Origin: Vicugna vicugna | Lineage: Eukaryota | Direction of reading: 5' to 3' | Assembly (NCBI GenBank): GCA_013265495.1 | Contig: MU058477.1 | Location: forward strand, 1 to 38,952 | DNA length: 38,952 nt | Part shown: piece after piece, positions 22,664 to 34,656 of the stretch | How positions within the stretch are numbered: position 1 is the first letter of the stretch | Layout of the letters: every line of letters starts with the position of its first letter | The notes under the pieces: generated by a model | Seen by the model: only the letters and a program-made list of their open reading frames with translations | Told to the model about the DNA's origin: nothing | The model's database searches: none | Position numbers and translations under genes: made by a program

Positions 22664-23336
22664 GTAAGTTTTCTTAAATACTTGAAGAAGACTTCTAATG
22701 GTGTTTTATATACAAAAAAGTATAATTTGAGGCCCTGTATCTGGCCTGTTAATTTTTTTCACTTATAAGAAATGATCTTTTTTGGTGTTTTAAGGATCTT
22801 TTAATGTGCACTTCACATCACAAACTGTCACCTTTGGATGGAATGGAATAAATGATTTAAATAGCCATTCCCAGTTTCTATACTGAAAGCTTAGTTTGCA
22901 TTAAACTCTTGATCTTTTGCATGATTTGATTACTATCAAAATAGACTGGCTTATTCTGCAGCAGCAAAATATATTTCACAACTGAGAGTTAAATGTTGTG
23001 CAAGGTGATAGGATCCTCATGTCCTGAGCTCCTAATTTTACCCCAGTGATGAGAATATTACTAATAAAACTGAAAGGAACAGAAAAGCTCAACACGAGCT
23101 TGACTGGAACCCTGTGATCAAATGCTCGGTGCTTTAGATTAAGTGTTAACCAGGGTTGAATCCGAAAAACTTTAAGCCCACTATGCTCATTCATGAATTT
23201 GGTATTTATGGCCAAGAAAAGATAAGTATAAAAGTCACATAACATATCTTCCTCTACTAGAACTAGGCCCCACAATCACTTCAAACAATGATGATCACAT
23301 TTTTTCTAGCATTTGACATTCCGTTTTCTTTTCTAG

Positions 23337-23415
23337 GGCTTTCTGTAGGTGGAGTGGTTCTCATCTGCTTGGTTATTGTCTCCTTATGCATGATACTAAA
23401 ATACAGAGGACGCCG
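23337..23415 (+). CDS. CR2: CR2 TM exon, copy 2
   Basis: ctag|GGCTT...CGCCG|gtaaat; ends KYRGRR; weaker donor. Confidence 0.5.
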
Positions 23416-23575
23416 GTAAATATGCTCATTCATGAATTCGGTATTTATGGCCAAGAAAAGGTAAGTATAAAAGTCACATAACATATCTTCCTCTACTAGG
23501 ACTAGGCCCCACAATCACTTCAAACAATGATGATCACATTTTTTCTAGCATTTGACATTCCGTTTTCTTTTCTAG

Positions 23576-23654
23576 GGCTTTCTGTAGGTGGAGTGGTTCT
23601 CATCTGCTTGGTTATTGTCTCCTTATGCATGATACTAAAATACAGAGGACGCCG
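23576..23654 (+). CDS. CR2: CR2 TM exon, copy 3
   Basis: ctag|GGCTT...CGCCG|gtaagt; ends KYRGRR. Confidence 0.6.
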
Positions 23655-23849
23655 GTAAGTTCAGCGCATACTTGACCAAAAAGCATAAAAGGTTTTGACT
23701 CCTTGCCTGAAACTAAACACAGAAGCACAAATTATATGAAATAAATATTGCAATGTGATAACTATAATAAGGTATCTTGTGTTAAATAGAAGACTTTCTG
23801 TAAGAACTTAAAAAATAACAAATTCTTATTTTATTTGAATGACGTTTAT

Positions 23850-24790
23850 TCAGATGATATGCAATAAAATATCTAGAAAATAGAAAAAAAATCCCATCAT
23901 AACAACTGCAAATATTGGGTATATTCCTATCTGATCATTTTCTTATATTCTTTCTCTGTTTTCCCCTTTAAAACTGAAATTTTAGCTTTATAGTCTCCAG
24001 CCATTTTTTAAAACAAATGATTTAGCTTAATGTACAGTTTTTCTTGTGTCTTTAAATCATGTTTTCTTTTTAGGTGCTTAATAGCATATTGTTCAATTAT
24101 ATGTATTTCTGTACTGTAGATATTTTAGGTTGCTTCCACATTTATTTTGATAATGAATAAAGTATGAGAAACACCTGAATAAACTTTTCTCATACTTATT
24201 TCCTTAGCCTAGATTTCTAGAATTGCTAGGGATAAGTGTATGAACATTAGATGCTTAAAAATATTCATATGACCTTCTAGAAAGTTAGCTCTAACTTAAT
24301 CGTATATCAAATAATTAATGTATCTGGATATATTGTGTTTCTGGACTCCTTTTTTGTTTTATTGATCCATCCATTCTTCCATCACAAACCACTTTGCGTT
24401 TAAATAGTCTCCTATCCTAATATCTGATAAGGCAAGAAGCCCCTCACTGTTTATTATTTTTTGGGCTTTTCCTTTCTACTATCTCCTCTTTGTTCTTACA
24501 GATGAGTTTTAGACGACTTGCCATTTTCTAAAAACAGATATTTTGTGATTGCATTTGAATCTATGGATTAATCTTTGAGAACTGGCGTATTTTCTATAGT
24601 GTTTTCCCATTCAGAAATATACTAGGCCTTTCTACTTGTTCAAGTAATCTTTAACTCACTCAGCTGTTGTTTTCATGATGACTTAATACATTACTAGGTT
24701 TCTATGTTTCGTTATGTTATGTTTTATTGTCTAGAACTTAGACATACTTTTAGCATTTATTTTTAATTTATTAATTTTTAAACATTTGTA
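23850..24790 (-). mobile_element. Ancient L1 (L1ME-like) fragments
   Basis: T-rich antisense L1 motifs (ttttaggttgcttccac, tttctagaattgctaggg, gtttctggactcc...ttttattgatcc). Confidence 0.45.
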
Positions 24791-27169
24791 TCCATAAAGT
24801 AATGTTGCCATAGTGGGTTGTGTGATATTTGGTGGGGACACAAGCAAATGGTCAATACTTGGGAATTTTGATCAGAAAAGATTCCATAGTGGAGGAGATG
24901 TTTCAGGTGAGCTTCAAGAGAGTATGGACAAGGGGAGAAAGTTATTCCAGGTAGAAGGAGCTTTTAGAGTAAAGACCCAGAGCTTGTTATTCCACCGTAT
25001 ATTATGAGAATGGCATAAGAATCTGACATGACTAAGGAATAATACATGTGATGGTGATTGAAAGTGAAGATGGCATAATTTTAGGTGAAAGAGTGGCATA
25101 AATGACCCTTCTGACACTTAAGTTTTGTAGAAATTACAGAGTATTGTGATATGTGCAAAGGATACGTTTCAGCAAATGATACCATCAAGCATCAGCCTGG
25201 AAATGTTCCTTGTACACAGGTTCTTAAGTCTCTGAACATGTTAGCATTAGGGAGGATAATCACGTGAAGTCTTGTCAGGTCTTAGGCAACCTGCAATGGG
25301 GGATGACGTCACCCCAGACCTGTCATCTGCAAACTCCAGCAAAGTTACTTTAACATGCCAAGTCACCTGGTTCCATCATTTAGTATGCCACCAGTGCCAT
25401 CTAATTACACTGTTTGTGGTTTTATAATGCCTCGTGCAACCCTTGAAGGGTTACACTGAATCTGTATAATGGTGGTAACTTTGAACCTGGATAGTTTGTT
25501 CTAAGCCTGGAAGAGCCTGAGCACAGTAGGTCTTTCAAGGGTCTGCAACTGGGATGAGCTTTAGGCTGCAGTGTTTATCAGAGTGTGTGTGCATCACATA
25601 TCCTTGGTCCTATAACTGATTTCAGGAGTAACAGTGTCCTATGACCAAATAAGATTGGGAAACACTTCATACTACATTTTAATTATGGAGATTCGCAATG
25701 ATCATGAGACTGTTTGAAGTCCTACAATAAAGAAGCCTATTTAATTAAAAAAAATACTCTTCCAAACTAACTGAACTGAACTGCAGAACTCTTTTTTCTT
25801 GCATAATGCTTTTAACATCCCATGGAACTAATGTTTAATTTAACATTGAGGAGATCTAGAAAGGTGGCCAGAAGCTAGATCATCCAAAGCCTTGCATGCC
25901 AGGACAAGGAGTTGGGTCTTTATCCTGTAGGAGCTTAACCAAGGAAACAGTATGTTCAGATTTGTATTTTCAGAAGAGTGGGTAGTAGTGGGGTCTCAAC
26001 CAAAGCAGTAGTGCTGGGGATCAAGAAGATGGAACAGCTGTACGAAGTATCTTTACCATAAAGAAGATCAGATTTAGTGAATTGCTGAATGTGGGGAAAA
26101 GGAGGCAGGCACAAAGAATGATTCAAGCTGATGTCACTGGGTAAACCCAGTGGTTCACCAAAAAAGGAGAGGGACAGGTTTGTGGGGAAAAGACGCAGGT
26201 CTGACTTGTTACTTTGAAGCGCCCATGACATAGGTAGGACTCGAGAGGGGCTTTGGACTCAGGCAGGTGACGTTTAAATCACAGTTGAAACTTTGGGACC
26301 AAGAAGAACATAAAACTTTAAAATATAGATGAGAACAGATCTCAGAAGGGCAGTAATGTTTAAGTGGGAGGAGGAGAAGGAACAGTCAGAGGGAAGAGGA
26401 AATTTGGGAGAAAATAGTTTCATAGAATCCAAGAGAGAAAAAGGTCCCAAGAAAACAAAAGTAAGGATGTCATTTGTATGGCTTTCCTCACAGGAAGTTA
26501 GAAGATAATTTTAGAGTAATTAAAATTTTAAATAAATAGAAAATGTGATCTCTATATCTTTCCTTCCTGCTACTAAGTTTGCTATCAGGGCACTGCATAT
26601 GTAGAAAACTTTGCAAACTTCAGCAATGCCTACAAACTCAAAAAATTCATTATGTTGCAGTCTGATTATTAAGTTTATTAACATAGTTATAGCAAATACT
26701 ATATTTAAGTGTCGCAGTTGATGGGAACCAAACGTATGTTGAACTTAATTCCTAAGCATCACTCATTTGTTCTATGTCCAATTTCTAACTGACTTCAGTT
26801 CATTTTCTGATAGTTGACATAGACATTTGAGCTGCCTTAAATACTTTTTGTGAGATGGGAAATGGATCATTTAAAATGGATGTCTAGTAACAAAATTAGA
26901 TATTTTGAAAAGTCACCCAAACATTTGAGGAAGAGACTATGTAATTCTTTTCTTGTCATCTAAGATATTTTAATAAAACCTAAACTTCATATTGACCTAA
27001 AAATTACCATTTATTAGTCATCTTAATGTATATTCCTCTTAAATAAGTAAGTTGACCTCTTAAATGTGATAGTGAGTGACATGCTTTAAGTACGCTTTGA
27101 TAGTAATTTTTCTCAGCAGTAATTTTGTACTTTTGCAATTTCAGAGTTCTTCATTATAGCACAATCACA

Positions 27170-27399
27170 CTTTTTAAAATTGAAGTACAGTCAATTATAA
27201 TATATCAATTTCTGGTGTACAGCACAATGTCCCAGTCCTTCCTATACATACATATATTCATTTTCATATTTTTATTTTTTGGGGGGAGGGAATTAGGCTT
27301 ATTTATTTATTTATTTTTAGAGGAGGTACTGGGGATTGAACCCAGGACCTTGTGCATGCTAAGCACGTGTTTTATCATTTGAGCTCTACCTTCCCCACT
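27170..27399 (-). mobile_element. tRNA-derived SINE (Vic-1-like) joined to an L1-like 3' tail
   Basis: Minus strand reads GGGGAAGGTAGAGCTCAAATG...GGGTTCAATCCCCAGTACC, then GGGACATTGTGCTGTACACCAGAAATTGA...TACTTCAAT; TSD GCACAATCACA at 27159-27169 and 27400-27410. Confidence 0.85.
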
Positions 27400-27912
27400 G
27401 CACAATCACATATTTATTGTCCTTTGCTAATTTTGGCAAAGTGTTTTAGAAGCACAGCAAACTATATGTGCTTTCAAAGAATAAAAGTAAAAAATCTTAA
27501 AAATCATTTTAAGCTTTTAGTGCTGTAAGGCTTTGCAAGGGTTTTGAAGTAAACATCAAATATAAAAAATTTTTAAGTTATATTGAAAGATTGCTCCCAG
27601 AAAAGTAAATTTATGATCATATTCTAAAATCAATTTTTTTCAATCTGGGAGTCATAGATACTAGTCATTAAACATCTTGGATAAAGCTGCCTAATGTCAA
27701 CTTCTGACTTGGACACATAACAGCTTAGCAAGTTATTTTTTGGGTCTTTCCAAAAAGTGAGGGTTTTAGTGATTACATCATAGTATATTTAAGACAATAA
27801 AATGAAATCATCCATGAAAAGTATTTACCATGTTGGGAATTATGGAAAGAAAACAACTTTTACACCTTTATAGTAATCAGTGAGCAAATAATTCTTTTTT
27901 TCTTCCATTTAG

Positions 27913-28003
27913 CAGTTACTACACAAAGGAAAGACGTAAAGAAGATCTTCATTTAGAAACACTAGACGTATATTCTGTTGATCCATACAACCCAGCAAGC
28001 TAA
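27913..28003 (+). CDS. CR2: CR2 cytoplasmic-tail exon with stop (exon continues to donor after 28018)
   Basis: ttag|CAGTTAC...; [29 protein letters not shown] (TAA 28001-28003), matching the CD21 C-terminus. Confidence 0.95.
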
Positions 28004-28206
28004 TCAGAAGACAAACTGGTATCCAATGAAATTTGGAATATTGTTATTAATTTCTATGTCAATGTTTCCTTAAATTTATATTTCTCAATAAGCATAGTAC
28101 TCAGTGTATAACGTTCTGTTGCACAAGTCTTTAGTAATTATGCACAGAAATTCTTAACTTACCTAATTCACATTGCCAACTTCTGTCCCTGGGTTTTTTT
28201 AAACTT

Positions 28207-29950
28207 ATTCATCCATTCAACAAATATTTAAATAAACAGCAAAATAACTAAGAATAAAATAAGTAAGAAGATGGTAAGTATTATGAAGAGAAATAAAGCA
28301 GGAAAAGGGGATGGGGGCAGGGTAGTTGGAAGGGAAGTCTTCACTCAGAAAATGAGATTTGAGCAAAGACTAGAGTGAAGTAAGGAGCTAGCCTTGTAGA
28401 GGAAGAGCATTCCAGGAAGAAAGAAGAGCAAGTACAAAGACCATAATAAGGTGGTGTGTCCCTGCTGTGTCAGAGGCACAGCAAGAAGCCAGTGTGGCCT
28501 TGCGTGGACTGACCAAGGGAGACAGTGGTAGAGATGAAATCAGAGAGGTACAGGGAGGTAGGTGAGGATGACTGATCCTGTAGAGACCTATATGCTAGGT
28601 CACTGTAATGAACTTGGTATTTATTCTGAGATGAGAATTCTTAGAGGGTTTGAAGCAGAAAAACAAGTGATCACTTTAACTGAAGAGAACGGAGGAAGCC
28701 AGGGATGAAAGGTGGGGAATCAATATGTGTTCTATCACAAAAATCCTGGCAAGGAGTTGTGAGTGGCTACCACCAGGCTAGTGAGAAGAGGTCAAATTCT
28801 GCATGCATTTTCGAGATGCTGCCAGTGGGGTTTGCCAACAGTTTGTATCAGGATAAAAGAGGAAGGGAAAAGTCAATGATGATGCCTGGGTTTTTTGGCC
28901 TGAGCAATTGAAAGGATAAAATTGCCATTAATTAAGACAACTGAGAATGGGAAAAGTAGGATTAGAGAGAAAAACAAGGGGTTCCACTTTGGAGATGGTA
29001 AATGTGAGATAGCTAATAGACATCCAAGTAGAAGTGCCGAGAAGGCAGCTGGATGTACAAGTCAGCATTTCAGGGAATAGATCCAGGATCAGTACACAAA
29101 TTTGAGCTTTTCCATATATGGATATACAGAATAATGAAACCAAATAAGACCAGCAAGGGACAAAAGAGCCTGGGGAAGAGGAAAGGTCTAACTGCTGAGC
29201 CCTGGATCCTCCAACATTAAGAGTCGTGGAGTGAGAAGGAACCAACAGAGGGGTGAAAAAGCAGCTCTGATACAGGAGAAGACTCCAGAGAGCAATGTTC
29301 TAGAAGTCATGCAAAGAGAGAATTTTATGAAGGAGAGGGTGATCAACTCTGTCAAATACAGATCAAGAAATATCAGTAATTAAAACCGACTTTTGTGTTT
29401 AGCAGCACAAATTTTTCTGGTGAACTTGACTGGAACAGTTTTGGTGTAGAGGAAGGATGCAAAACCCTGATTGAAATGAGCTTGGGGGAGAATGAAAGGG
29501 GAGAAATTAGAGATATCAACCACAGAAAGACAACTCTTTCAAGGAGTTTTTCTATAAGAGGAGAGGATAAGTAGAATGATGGCAAGAATAAGAAGTAGAG
29601 TCAAGGGCAGTATTTTTTTTAAGAATGAAGAAATAGCAGTGATGTTGCCAATCCTATAAGTGGTTGAGAACGATCTAGTAGGGAAGGGGGAAATGATGGC
29701 AGGAAAGAAAAGGAAGAATTGCTGGAGCCACATCTGGGCAAGCTAGAAGGACTGGGATCTTGTACTCAAGCAGGAGAACTTACATAGGAGTGTGGCATTA
29801 GCAACAGGAGAGGCGGCAAAACATACAGGGAGATGTGATGGTAGAAGCATGTGTGGAGGTTCTCTTCTGATGCTTCTGTTTTCTCACTGAATAAAAAGCA
29901 AATTGATCAACTGAGACATCAGAGATATAAGGAGAAAGAAGAAGGTATTA
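28207..29950 (-). mobile_element. L2 LINE fragment (~1.7 kb)
   Basis: attcatccattcaacaaatattta terminus; gagatttgagcaaagac, ggaagagcattccagg, tagacatccaagtagaag motifs. Confidence 0.75.
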
Positions 29951-30064
29951 AGTAGGCACCATGAGAGGTGAAGACTGAATGACAGGAAGTACAGAAAGGT
30001 TGACATGCAACGTGAAGGGTCCCCTCGAGTTTCCCAGGAGAAAATAAGGGTGAACATGTGAAGG

Positions 30065-30285
30065 TTTATTAAACCCAGGCATTATGCTGAGGGTCTTTCA
30101 TGCCTGATCTCATTTTGCTTCAGTATAACTTTGAAAGGTGTATATTATCCCAAGATAATACCTAGGTGAGAATATAATATCCCAGATGAGAAAACCAAGG
30201 CTAAAATTTTCTCTTGGCCAAGGTCTCAGGGTCAGTAATTGGCAAAAGTAGAATTCAAGCTCAAATCTGACTTCAAACTGCTTTC
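30065..30285 (-). mobile_element. MIR SINE
   Basis: cagatgagaaaaccaaggct...cttggccaaggtctcag...gaattcaagctcaaatctgacttcaaa. Confidence 0.7.
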
Positions 30286-30822
30286 TCCTTCAGTCTATAA
30301 AATACGAAATAAAGATACCACCTCTGCCTTCTTAGAACTTATTTCAGTCAGAAAAATAAGACATATACATTTCATAGTGTAAGAATAAGTACCAAAAACA
30401 AGACACAGGAAAACTGCTGTGGCAGTTGAGGAATAAAAGGATGCCTTGTTGCTGGTGAGCAAAAGGGAAGGAAACAGGAGAGACTGTTGCAGAGTGATCT
30501 CCAGGTCCAAAGCAGTGGGAGCCCAAAGTAGAGCTATGACATAAATATTTGTTGAATGAATATTTGAATGAGTGAGGATGAGAACATTGTTTCAACTTCT
30601 CCCTCATTTATTTTGTTCATATTTATCAACAAAAAATTTAGTTATTAGTTGCTTCACTTCATGTTGTCCAAAGAAGGACCACTTAATTGATGCTTAATTG
30701 AAGCTTGACGCTTCATTGTTTATAGGACTTATAGCTGGTATACATAAAGAGAATGTTGATACTCATATTTAAGCTTCAAGTTGTACCAATGCCTTTCCTA
30801 AATAGAAATTAATCTATTTCAG

Positions 30823-31548
30823 TGTGCCTTGTTGCTTGGAACCCAACTGAACATCGGTTGGAAAGAAGCCATTCTAATATCAGCAAGTCTTTTTGTATGT
30901 CCTCAACATCAGTGAGATTCTATCATAAGCTTCAACTCCTATATGCACTTATTCTCAAGTGGAACAAAGAAAGTGTGCTTGATGATAAAGATGAGAGCCC
31001 AGTTTTACCTCCACATGCTCTTCAAGAACTTTTCGAAGCCTCACTTGTGATGTGCCTGGAGCTGGGCTCTGACTATACACAATTATGTAACTCTGAAAAG
31101 TGCCGCCTTTCTGGCACTAAAAAGAGCTGTCCTCACGCCCAGACTCTTCTTTTATAATCAGCATACTTACTGTTACCATACTCTTCTAGTTATAGTGTGT
31201 TTCTAATTATTTAAGCAAAGTATGAAGCATATCCTGTGGTTATCATGGGCATATGTTTGATGGGGAGTCTAGTTTTATTTTTACAGTAGCATGTTTTTCT
31301 GATATGTTTTAACATTTCACTTATTTCCCCTTGGTTTGAGATTTTCTCATAATATGTAATCACTCAGTAATTTCAACTTGCACTTTATTTTTAAAATCAT
31401 GAGTGAAGTGTTATTTCTAAAGTTTCGGTGTACAATCCAAGATTTCAATGTTTCCTTGAAAGCTTTGTCAGAAGCTGTAGTTGTTTGTAAAATGTCATGT
31501 AACAGTATGTACGTTAGTCATTCAAATAAATTTTATCTTTAAAGAAAA
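30823..31548 (+). other. CR2: CR2 non-coding last exon (3'UTR)
   Basis: ttcag|TGTGCCTT acceptor; resembles the CR2 3'UTR as recalled (CTAATATCAGCAAGTC, CCTATATGCACTTATTCTCAAG); ends after AATAAA. Confidence 0.8.
31525..31530 (+). terminator. Polyadenylation signal of CR2
   Basis: AATAAA at the end of the 3'UTR with T/GT-rich sequence downstream. Confidence 0.75.
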
Positions 31549-31709
31549 ACATTTTCCCTATGTTATTCTTTCCCCCTGGAGTCAGTGCACTCCTGAATAA
31601 CAGACATAGTCTTAGGGTTTTTCAAGTTCCTGATTTAACGTTTATGCATTCCGGATCCCACCACTTTGTCATGTTAGTCAGACTCTCAACCCACAGACTC
31701 AAGGCAGTC

Positions 31710-32016
31710 ATCCTTGAGACTTCCTTTTATATTTATCCAGCCAACGCTTTCACCTAGCCCATTCATTCTTCCCCACCACACGCTAGATCCAGCTGTCAGT
31801 TTTTTTCTTTACAGCATTTAAATTATTGAGAAAATAAAATCTTGCTTACTGGCCACCACAAATTTATCCTTGAGACTTTATATTTATCCAGCCAACGCTT
31901 TCACCTAGCCCATTCATTCTTCCCCACCACACGCTAGATCCAGCTGTCAGTTTTTTTCTTTACAGCATTTAAATTATTGAGAAAATAAAATCTTGCTTAC
32001 TGGCCACCACAAATTT
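31710..32016. repeat. Tandem duplication 156/151 bp
   Basis: 31710-31865 and 31866-32016 are identical except for a 5-nt indel near the start. Confidence 0.95.
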
Positions 32017-32069
32017 GCTCCCCGCCCCCAACTTCTCCAAGACTGTGCATTCTGTTTGACATCTTTTGT

Positions 32070-32610
32070 TTTGTTTTTATAATTGTGGTAAAAAAACATG
32101 TAATATAAAATTTACAGTTAATAATTTTTAAGCATACAGTTCAGAAGTGTTAAGTGTATTCACATTATTATGCAACAGATCTCCAGAACTTTTTCATCTT
32201 ACCAAACTGACCTATATCCATGAAACAATTACTCCACATTCCCCCCTTCCTTCAGTCCCTGCCAGCCACCATTCTACTTCCTGTTTTTATGAAGTTGACT
32301 ACTTTAGATACCTCACATAAGTGGAACCACACAGTATTTTCCTTCCTGTGGCTGGTTTATTTCACTTAGTATGTCCTTAGGTTTCATCTATGTAGCATTT
32401 ATCTGAATTTTCTTTCTTTTTCAGACTGAATAACATTTCATTTTATGTATATACAACATTTTGTGTATCCATTCATCCATCGATGGACATGTAGGTTGTT
32501 TTCACCTTGTGGCTATTGTGAATAATGCTGCTATGAACATGGGTGTGCAAATATCTCTTCAAGGAATGTTTTTCAATTCTTTTGAATATATACCTAGAAG
32601 TAGTATGCTG
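32070..32610 (-). mobile_element. L1 3' end (L1MA/MB-like)
   Basis: ataattgtggtaaaa...atacagttcag...ctccagaactttttcatc...atccattcatccatcgatggacatgtaggttg...gctatgaacatgggtgtgcaaatatctcttcaag. Confidence 0.85.
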
Positions 32611-32929
32611 TTTCACATCTTTTGTTCATTCATAGTACCATTGTCATTTCTCCAACTTACCCTCCAGCCTTCTATTTTATTATAACTTCATCTCTACTCA
32701 TCTCTGTTCTCATCTTAACAGATGATGAAAATATCTCAACTTCCTCTCCCTTTACTTCCAAGCTTATCTATATCCACTCATCCTTATCTTCATTTCCACA
32801 AACCACTTTTCACAGACTCTACAGTTCTCCTCTCGTCTCTCTCTGTTTCTTCCAGGATGTTGCTCCATCAAATACACTCTCTTATTACTGGCTTCTTTTC
32901 ATTTTCCCACCTACAAACCTGTTCAAGCC

Positions 32930-33690
32930 AGTACCCATTCAGCTGCAAGTGACAGAAATCCATCCCATACTGGCTTAGGCAAAAAAGGGATTTTTATTAT
33001 ATTACGTGACAGAAAAGGTGAACGGTTCAGCTCACTTCAGTCAAAATGAGAATTAAATATCCTAATTACATCCTCAGGAATCTGTTTTATTCTTTGGTTC
33101 TGTTTTTCCTTGCTGGCCTCATTCTCTGGTAGACACTCCTTGAAAACTGGCAAAAATATTTGCTGACCATGCCAAACACACACTCCAGCATAAAGAGCTT
33201 CTCTTGTCTAATAACTCCTTCAAAAATCCCTTCATTACCTTTGATTTGTCCAAATAGGGTCACCTGCCCCCCCCCACTGAACCACTTATTAGGGTGAGAG
33301 CAGTGAAACAAACAGATGACAAGGCTTGAGCTGCTTGCCTAGGCTTGGGGCTGGGGATAGGACTGAGCTACCTCAGTTGTTTTCAAGAGAGGCTCTCATA
33401 CCCTGCCGCCCTCCCCCACCAGAGGACATTGGGCAATTTCTGCAGACATTGTGATTGTTACAGCTGGAGGAGGGAAGAGCTACTGGTGGAGAGAGGCCGA
33501 AAATGCTGCTTAACATCCTACAGTACACAGGACAGCCCCCCAAACAGAGGATTATCTGGTTCAGTGTGTCAATAGTTTTATATTTGAGAAACCATGGCTA
33601 CATAGAACTCTGCTAAAGAGGCGACTTCCCAGAGCAAAAATCAGGGGCCACAGTTCCAGAAGGGGCCCAGTTAAAGCAACAAATACCCAC
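32930..33690. mobile_element. Old MaLR LTR (MLT1J/K-like) interrupted by MER20
   Basis: tgcaagtgacagaaatcca...ctggcttaggcaaaaaaggga...gggtcacctgccc...tgaacca motifs. Confidence 0.5.
33374..33596 (+). mobile_element. MER20 hAT DNA transposon
   Basis: cagttgttttcaa...ggacattgggcaatttctgcagacatt...aacatcctacagtacacaggacagccccc...tgagaaaccatg. Confidence 0.85.
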
Positions 33691-34061
33691 CATACCTTCT
33701 ATCTGAAAATGAATCTTCCGCCATACCATCCAGGTTTTCTCTTTTAAACCATCTCTCTTCTCAAACCACCAAATTTTCTGAAACAGTGGTTGATGTTAGC
33801 TTATTTAATCATTTATTCATTTACTTAATAGGTAGCTATGAAAATCATTCTTGTGTGCTAAGCAGTGTTTTAGGTTGTGGAAGAGAGCAGTGATAAATGG
33901 ACACACCCTTCGTAGCTTTTATTCTAGTGAGGAGAGACAGACTATAAGCAGATTGTCAGATGGAAATTAAATGAAAACAGAAGTAAAATTTTTTAAAATT
34001 ATATGAAGCAGAGAAAGAGGAAAGGAAGTTCTGAATGGATGTGCAATAGTAAATAGTGGCC

Positions 34062-34328
34062 CAGAAACAGACTCACAGATACAGAGAACAAACTAGTGGT
34101 AACCGATGCGGAGAGGGAAGGGAGGGAGGGCAAAACAAGGGTAGAGATTAAGAGATACAAACTGCTGTGTCTAAAATAAATAAGCTACAAGGATATCCTG
34201 TAGAGCACAGGGACATAGCCACTATTTTATAATAGCTATGAACGGAGTATAACCTAAAATTTTTTTAATCACTATGTTGAACACCTGCAACTGATATAAT
34301 ATTCTGTATCACTATACCTTGGTAAAAA
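34062..34328 (+). mobile_element. L1 3' end (laurasiatherian type)
   Basis: aaacagactcacagatacagagaacaaactagtggtaacc...aaaataaataagctacaaggata...aatcactatgttgaacacctg. Confidence 0.85.
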
Positions 34329-34656
34329 GTTTACAAAACTCTGGATCAATGTGATTCATATAAACATATCCTGACCTTCCTGTTGTTTACTGGACATGTT
34401 CTTCTTCAACAGACCCATCAGTTCCTGAGATTTTTTTTGAGACTTTTCCACTCATGTGCTTTTCAAAAGTCCTCTTGCTGGGAGTCCAGCTTCATTATCC
34501 ACTCCTGTGTTCCCAACCTTTTCCTAGAATATTGCCATAACATTCCCGCACTTCCTGGCCCTCACTAAAATCCATTCGTCCCTTGACTATGTCATTCTCA
34601 GTTAAAAATCCAAAAAACCGTTGACACTCTCCCTTGAGGGTACCCTCCCCCTTCCA

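Larger units (their letters stand above)
18797..23743. repeat. Tandem duplication, unit ~2352 bp (18797-21148 / 21149-23743), with nested 239-bp duplication (23182-23419 / 23421-23658)
   Basis: Direct comparison by eye; roughly 14 substitutions and one 2-nt indel between the long units. Confidence 0.97.
2355..31548 (+). other. CR2: Complement receptor 2 (CD21) gene, long CR1/CR2-type, 5'-partial (leader exon outside window)
   Basis: Ordered GT-AG exons encoding 6 CR1-like SCRs, 16 CR2 SCRs, TM, the tail [10 protein letters not shown] and a 3'UTR with AATAAA. Confidence 0.97.

Noticed and set aside
20622..23514. Repeated minus-strand ORFs MWGLVLVEED...
   Set aside because: Non-ATG intronic ORFs that recur only because of the tandem duplication
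30822..31157. 111-aa ORF in the last exon
   Set aside because: Starts at a GTG overlapping the splice acceptor, lies in the 3'UTR after the true stop and has no recognisable homology
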